A DNA stretch of 64,000 bases from positions 51,466,862-51,530,861 of the forward strand of contig CM074511.1 of assembly GCA_037379345.1 (NCBI GenBank), read 5' to 3'. The translations under genes and the position numbers were made by a program. The notes beneath the pieces are model-generated. The model was not told the origin of the DNA. It did not search any database and worked only from the letters and a program-made list of their open reading frames with translations. This DNA comes from Perna viridis (taxonomy: Eukaryota). Position 1 is the first letter of the stretch. Each line of letters starts with the position of its first letter. This document shows, piece after piece, positions 40,741-64,000 of the stretch.

Positions 40741-42139
40741 ATATATTCTTGGTTATCCTCTCAACGGAAGTATTAGAATCAAATATAAAGGAAGATCTAA
40801 ATCCAAAAATCAATTTATACAAGAAGCACTCAAAACCAAAAATATAGAAACAACTGGAATATTCATCTAACATGACTGCATACACCGCAAAGACAATGCT
40901 GTAAACGAGAATGCCAAACTTGAAAGCACAACTGAAGAAGACCCAATCTTTTGAAAAGGTGGAAATCATCAACCACGAATGTGAAATAAAGGTCGGTAAA
41001 GCGCCTGATCAGTAGTACCAGGTTTTATTGAGAAACATTGAAATACGGGACATTCTGGAGGCCAGAAACATAACTGTGCTATCAATACATTCATAAAGAA
41101 CCTTGATTACCTTAAATTCTAGAAACGGGATCACACTAAACTTTCTTCAGTACTCCAGAAGACAAAAAAAAACGAAAAAAAAAACGAGATACCTTGAAAA
41201 TTACCTAGGTACGGAAGTTAATCTAGTTCTCAAAGATAAATATTTATAATAGCTCTTAACACAATAAAAAAATTGCGCAACAATCACTGACATCCACAAC
41301 ATGGTTCCATAGAAAGAAGAAAAACGTCACTAATACTAAACGCCACTTTAATTATAGAGAGAACCGTGAAGCTATGATGAAGGATACCTCCAAAGCACTT
41401 ACTGCTCTCTCGTCTTGATGCAAATAAGATTTTTGACAAACGATGCAATTAATTCTGGGCAACAATCCAAAGAAATGATAAAAAAAGACAGCCCGGTTAG
41501 CAAATAGCAATAAAAACGATGGCCTGTCCTGTCTTGGAAAAGGCATTTCCGACGGAATTGGTGATTAATCCTGGTTTAAACTTCCCGCTTCCATCCAGGT
41601 TGATTGTATCCGGTATATTGCAATACAAACAAGCGGCGTAAAAAATAAGTAAACATTAAAGAAGACACATCATTAAATTGATGATATCATGAAATAAATC
41701 GTATATGATATTTTAATTGGATCTAGAATATATTTTGATATGGATATCGGAAGAAAAAGTTCCAAGCAGCGTTTTGAAACGAATTTTTTATGGTCCTGGT
41801 AAAAAAAATCTGTCTCTCAGACAATAATGGTGCATTGAGAAGTCAGAATAGTGGCTACTAGCTCCGACATACCTATATAACTGAAAAATATCAACACCAT
41901 ACTCAAAAGAAACTGATATTTTACTGCAAATAAAATGAAAATTTACAATCGTCTCGTTTGTCATGTGTATTTTAGTACTGCAATGACTATTGTCGTCGAA
42001 TTCGATGTAAACAAATAACGCGGAGAATCTGCGTCTGTCTTCAATGTCTAGTTCTGGTGAATAAATTAACGAAAGCCATTGTCGGAATTTGGAATGATGA
42101 TCGTCAATACATCAGTGTGAAATTATTGAACCGTCTTGC

Positions 42140-43550
42140 TCTTTTTAAGATTTTGAATGATTTCCAATTCATACGAATAAAGATTCAAATCGGCTAGGAG
42201 AGGAGCACATTTAGTGACCATTGGAATGTGGATGATTTGATGAAAAATTGTCCGTCAATAAATAACAAATATGTGGTAAAGTAGAAACCCTTGCATATTG
42301 ATCACCTGTTGCCCAGTATAGCAGCCTTTGTCTTTTTTGTTCAGTAGTGGTACAATATGTGGAATAGTACGACAAATATATAAGAACACTTGCTGTTGTT
42401 TCTTTGTGGACGATTTCTTTTAGACGGGTTTTCAATTTTTCGTGGGTTAAAGTAGTATTTCAAGTTGAAAAGTCAAAGGTTTTATTTGAATAAAAGACGA
42501 ATCGAATCTTTTAGAATACACATATGATTAAAAACCACTGTGCAAGTAAACAGTTAAACTCTCCTCCATGCTGTATAACTGATAAAAGAACCAATTGTTA
42601 GGTTAGTACAGACTTCAGTACTCAAACAATCAGGATCACAGAAGTCTTTCAAATATCAACCCTAAATTTACTGTATGTAAGGGTGGAAGAATTGAACACG
42701 CATATTCAATTGAATATCTTCAGGAAAGCCACTTCTTTCGTCCATACCTTAGACATTCCAAATGCAACTGTATTCCATGATACTTACAAGTGGGCTGTAA
42801 GTTTTGAAAATTGCTCTTTTGCGCCTCTAAATCTGTATCCAAAGATTAAACTAGCAAACTTGAATAGCACCCAGGCTTGTGTTTTTTAACTAACGTTTAG
42901 ATTCGGCTGAGGCCTCCAATCACCATATCTGGTCTTCTCTCTTTTTATCCATTTATTTGTTGATTTTATACCGACGAAGCTGAGCTGGAGATGACAAGCT
43001 AGGGTCAAGGAGTAATAACTAAGTAGCAGAAAGCAAAAGATTGGTTGTGATTCAGGATAAGGTTTTTTTTCATTTATGGTTTGCGAAGTGGCCTTGTTTC
43101 AACATGTGGTTGACCTTCATCAATTCGATTCAGGTACAAAGATTTCTTGACAATTGATCGGCCGTTGTCACATTCCTTCTTTACTTTTGTCTTGAGCTGA
43201 ATAGTTGATGTATATCTGTAACATTGAAATTATTCAATATTTTGCATAAGGATTTTATTTCCAGCTGGTAGCATAACCTCATTATCTTTTGGTGTCTTGC
43301 ATTTTCGCAACACGTCATTTTCCCACAGATTCTTCCGAAATCTGTGAACGAAGATACATTTTGTCCGCTGAGACTTGGCCATGAAGAATACAGACTTAGT
43401 CCCACATCGGCTAATAAAAACTCCTGATGGCATGAAGTATTTTATTATCATATTGTCGGACCAGTTCTGTAGCAGAAACTGATTGAGCAAAATGACATCT
43501 TGTATTCATGTGTGGTAGTGATAAAGTACCTTTAAAACCTTAGGCACCCT
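42140..43550 (-). mobile_element. Penelope-like retroelement fragment (N-terminal region to RT motif B'), decayed
   Basis: TFDFST*NTTLTHEKLKTRLKEI (motif A, FDFSTLYT type) and IPMVTKCAPLLADL; far boundary approximate. Confidence 0.75.
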
Positions 43551-46427
43551 AAGAGACAACAAACATCTGCTGTTTTACAGCATAGGAGTACACTGTGGAA
43601 TCCCGATTCAAAGGTCATAACTATAAATTCTGGCGTATGTATTGTAAGCTCTGACAGAAAAACTTGTTAGATAAGTTTGTAATTCTAGAGGGTCCAAAAT
43701 AGAAATAATCGTTTATTAAAATACAATAAAGAGGAGTAATGGTTTTTGAAGTCACAATTAGACAAAACAAAGTAACTATTTGTGGCATTACTATTTTCTT
43801 GAATACTTTAAATCAAATGTAAGCGTAAGATTTTTAAGGGGGGGGCTAAGATGAAATTTTCATTGAATTCCAGCAAAGCGCCCCCTCCCAAGTCAAATGG
43901 ATATTATTCCCTAATATTTAATTTGCAAGTTAGATATCTGCACTTAAACAGATATATATTTAACCTATCATTCAAGCATAACCCAATGTTAACCATCTGT
44001 GCTGTGCAAGTGAAACGGCTGAATCAATGTCCTTAGTATGACAGTTAATTTTGGGAAATATATCCATAAATTAAATCTTATCGGAGATTTTTGATTTACC
44101 CTCTTACAACCTTTTTTAATGCCCCAAGATGTTTATAATCATATGTCCATTTGCAAGATAACCCTGTGACATAGGATTTGTAAACAAAGAAGAGGAAAGA
44201 TAAGCCTCATTAACCTGGTCATAAAGGTGGGAGGTAGAAGTTATAAAATTACATTGTGTCAAAAGGGAGATAACCAATTATCCTACTGGTAAATAAAATC
44301 AAAGCATCGTGAAAATAACAAAAACATGCTGTTAGATATAAACAAAGTGCAGACTAGGTTAATCAAAAACCATTTGAGAGAACAGAATTACCCTCAAAGC
44401 TAAAGTGAACTTTGTTTTAGATACGTAAAACCTCCTTTTATACTATTTGATTTTATCCTTCTCATAGCTGAGCACTTATAGCACAATATATCTTGATTTA
44501 CCTTGAGTATAGGGTTAGAACTAAATCTGAATTGCATGCATTAACAGAACTAACCTTACCTTTACTTTTAACTTCTACTGGCCGTTTCTTTATGTAACAT
44601 CCATATACACCTGTTGTTTCTTTTTGTTTTTGAATTTTAAATAAGAGTTCTACAAAATGCATGTAAGCATTAAGTTTGTTAACAGATAAGTTTAAATATA
44701 AAGCCTAGAATACACCTTATTACTATTTACTGTATTCAAAATTCTATGAGGGGAATTTAGGTATATATTTACAACCCCATCTCTCATTATCCATTGCACA
44801 CAACCAGTATTCTGATACAACACGGAGCAGTTTGGAAAGACACTATGAATGCAGTGTTATACAGTCAATGTTAATCTAGACACAACTGACCACGGGCAGA
44901 TCAAACTCTGATCCTTTGAGTCCAGATGAACATTACACCTATATACGCTACATTCATTGTATCTACTACTCACATAATACATTTAACCCCCTATTCAAAT
45001 AACATTTTATTTGCTTTATCAACATAAAATAATTTAGTAAACTGGAACAAACTATACAGAAAAAAATCTTTGAAGGGTGCAGCTTGATAGTACTGAGGTC
45101 AAATCCTCAACAGTTGGGACAAGTATTGACTGAACATTGTAACTTTGTGCAGCTCTGAATTTGGATTATGATTAATTGTGCAACACAGTATGCGATTCAA
45201 ACCAAAATGAAAGTGGTCGAACATTTGTTTTTTAAAATCAAACAAGAAGAAATAGGTTATTTGTATAAAATGGTTCACAAGGTTCAGAGTAATTGGCAGA
45301 GTTAAAACCCTGCACATTTTGGATAAGTATAGACACAACATTCAAACTTGATACAGCTTTTAATTTGGATTGTTATGATAAGAATGAAAATGTCAAAGTA
45401 ATAAGCAATTTGTACTTAGTTGAAGAAAATGTTTATTTTCAATTCCTTTTGTTCTTCAATAATCTTTCCATCCATCAACACCCTCCTTTTGTGTGTGTGC
45501 AACCAATGAGTAAAATTGTTAAATATTGTGAAATGCGTCTTTCATAATTAAAAAGCTATTTCTGTTTGGTTCATTACCCCAAATACCAACCTTCCTTCAG
45601 TGCAATGGAACTCTGTTGTAAAATTTTTTGTCAAGATCCATTATCTAATATTAAAGTTAGCAAACAAAACCTACTGTCTACAGATGAACACAACAACAAC
45701 AAAATACAACTATATCATACCATTATTGACCACATTTTACCTCTTTCTCCATTTTGTTCAACAGAAGTTGTATATTTAAAAGCTATTAAACACCCAATTT
45801 CCCTTTCCCCTTTCTGTTCAACAGAAGTTATTAAACACCAGCTTGCCTTTAGGCTTCCTTTTTTTGCCCCTATTCCTGAATAGATATGATTTATCCATCA
45901 TCTGGACATCAAGGAAATGCTGGTTTTTAGCTCCCCATTCCTTTAAGGCAAAAGTCACAACACCAAAAATCAATTCCATGCTTCCTTTTGTGGTATGGCA
46001 TGGTGTTATACAATTTCAAAGAGATCCATTATCTTATAATCAAGTTATTGTCTGAACTTCATGGGAAATATACTGGTTTCTGATATCAGCATGATACTTT
46101 AATATGACAACTTTTATTGTAGTCATGTGTTCTATGTTTCTAAGATGTCATTTATCCTGAGGTCAATTACTTAGGAAGAAAGATCATCTGTTTTTACATT
46201 AATTCTACACTGATTGCCAAGTTTCAATGATTAAAATTTCAACAAACTTTTATGCAATATTCATCATACAAAACTAACTACCAAAGTAGAATTTAACATT
46301 GCAAAATTGAAAAAAAAAAAAGAGAACTTACTTCTGATAGATTTATACATCGATAATCATCTTTGATGACAAGAAAGGTTTTTTTCACAGTGCATATTAG
46401 TATTTGACAAACAACTACAATATAAGG

Positions 46428-46433
46428 TTTTAT
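46428..46433 (-). terminator. Candidate VCP polyadenylation signal
   Basis: AATAAA on the minus strand ~460 nt after the stop, GT-rich downstream. Confidence 0.35.
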
Positions 46434-46891
46434 TACCAAACTTATCTCTTGTGTGACATTTTTCAATAAACAGCTTTTATACCAACATAAATAAATAATC
46501 AGGAGCGTTACAAATAAACCTAGTACATCAAAGACAACTAAATATAAATTAATTGAACAAAAACACTTCTCTAGCACTGTCTGATCAAGAAAAAGGACGT
46601 TCATTGTCATTCTGTCTTTAAATCGTGCACATATCTACTCTGATATTTGCTTGACTTGTGTAAATCTTCCTGAATACAAAAGGTTCAAAGCCAACATATA
46701 AAGTCACAAAAACTAAACAAAAAAAAAACAAGAATGTCACTGTTACATAAATGTGTATTGAACTTCATGCAGACAATTTACAGTCTGCACTGAAATGAAT
46801 GAAAATGGTCAGTGAAAAATGTTGCATCACCAATATGTTAACAATTTAGAGAATAAATTATGTAACATGAAATGTCTAACAATGAAGTGAT

Positions 46892-63153
<16,262 letters not shown>

Positions 63154-63276
63154 CTAAAACATTTCAGTTTTACATCCAAAGCAAACACAAGCAAAAAACA
63201 TACTTCCTATATTTTTTTAATAAATATAAGACCTGACTTCTTGTTCTATCCTCAGCTATTTGGTAATGTATCTTTT

Positions 63277-63812
63277 TTAAAGGAGAAGACCATGTTATTG
63301 TGCAAGTCATAAATATCAAAACTAATCTGTTAAATGTTCATGAAAATTAAATTGAAACAAATTAATTTCCTTTTCTTCACTAATTAATCAAGATTTATAA
63401 ATATGGAATTTGAATTTCCCGTGCCTATGGGCATCACCATGATCAGTTGAGCTGTGACATAACGAAGTCGGTTTGTAAAGTGAAAGTAAATAAGTAATTT
63501 ATTACAATGTCCGTTGAAATCGCAAATTTGGGACTTTTCCCCTATAATTTCAACAGAAGAAGAGATTGAGGCACAACATGTAAGCAAATATCAGACAACT
63601 TTGACGAACAATGGAATTTGCAGGTAGAAGACTAGAGTATTGTTTGAGGAAAATCTTACGGCTACTTCCAAGGAATGTTTGTGTTGCTGTAAAAAAACTT
63701 TTAGAATATTTCTCTTTTATCAATCGAGTAATCGTAAGCTTGACAAGACATGTTTCAGTGATTAGATAAACAGGATCGTAGAAATTTTACGAATTTTATT
63801 TGTATACATATT
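63277..63812 (+). mobile_element. Dispersed repeat copy 2, probable non-autonomous Kolobok-type DNA transposon
   Basis: Begins TTAA|AGGAGAAGACCATG; colinear with 57582-58095. Confidence 0.7.
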
Positions 63813-64000
63813 ATTTGCAGGGTGTGCATCAGTACCAAACTGACTTAGTGACTTCACGAGCCAATCGGAAGCTATCAGTAAAAATCAATTAAGATAGAAT
63901 CAATCATATAGGAGAGTTCTGCAAGATGGCTATCCACTTATATTTCAAAGATTTCAAACTTTGCATAGCCTTGAGCATTTACGAAAGCGCATTTTGTATT

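Noticed and set aside
40740-41640. Possible LINE RT remnant
   Set aside because: Only compositional hints; no diagnostic motif could be read.
45060-46060. Degenerate repeat sharing TGCAGCTTGA with ~51075 and ~54760, and CTTCCTT...AAGAGAT with ~54760-54960
   Set aside because: Probably an old interspersed family, but boundaries and class cannot be defined by eye.

Overview
AT-rich (~30% GC by eye), intron-rich animal genomic DNA. It is probably a lophotrochozoan such as a bivalve; this is an inference from protein divergence, intron pattern and repeats. Two genes lie on the minus strand, both reconstructed by hand with consistent GT-AG sites and reading-frame phases. (1) A complete patched (ptc/PTCH) Hedgehog receptor gene: 27 coding exons, 33214->5144, 1303 aa. 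(2) Most of VCP/p97/TER94/CDC48: 63087->46892, 761 aa in window, first exons beyond the right edge. Between them is ~10 kb of decayed retroelements (Penelope-like, BEL/Pao, possible LINE). The strongest candidate for an undescribed system is in VCP. Two intact 85-nt copies of the exon encoding the D2 Walker B and pore-loop-2 region form a mutually exclusive pair. The intron between them holds a perfect 17-bp inverted repeat, an Rbfox UGCAUG beside one arm and a tandem UACUAAY (branch point/Quaking) beside the other, suggesting an RNA-structure-controlled splicing switch. ptc also shows strongly enriched intronic Gli/Ci sites, an RFX X-box in the promoter, a decayed duplicate exon, a triple PPxY cluster and an intron just after the stop codon.
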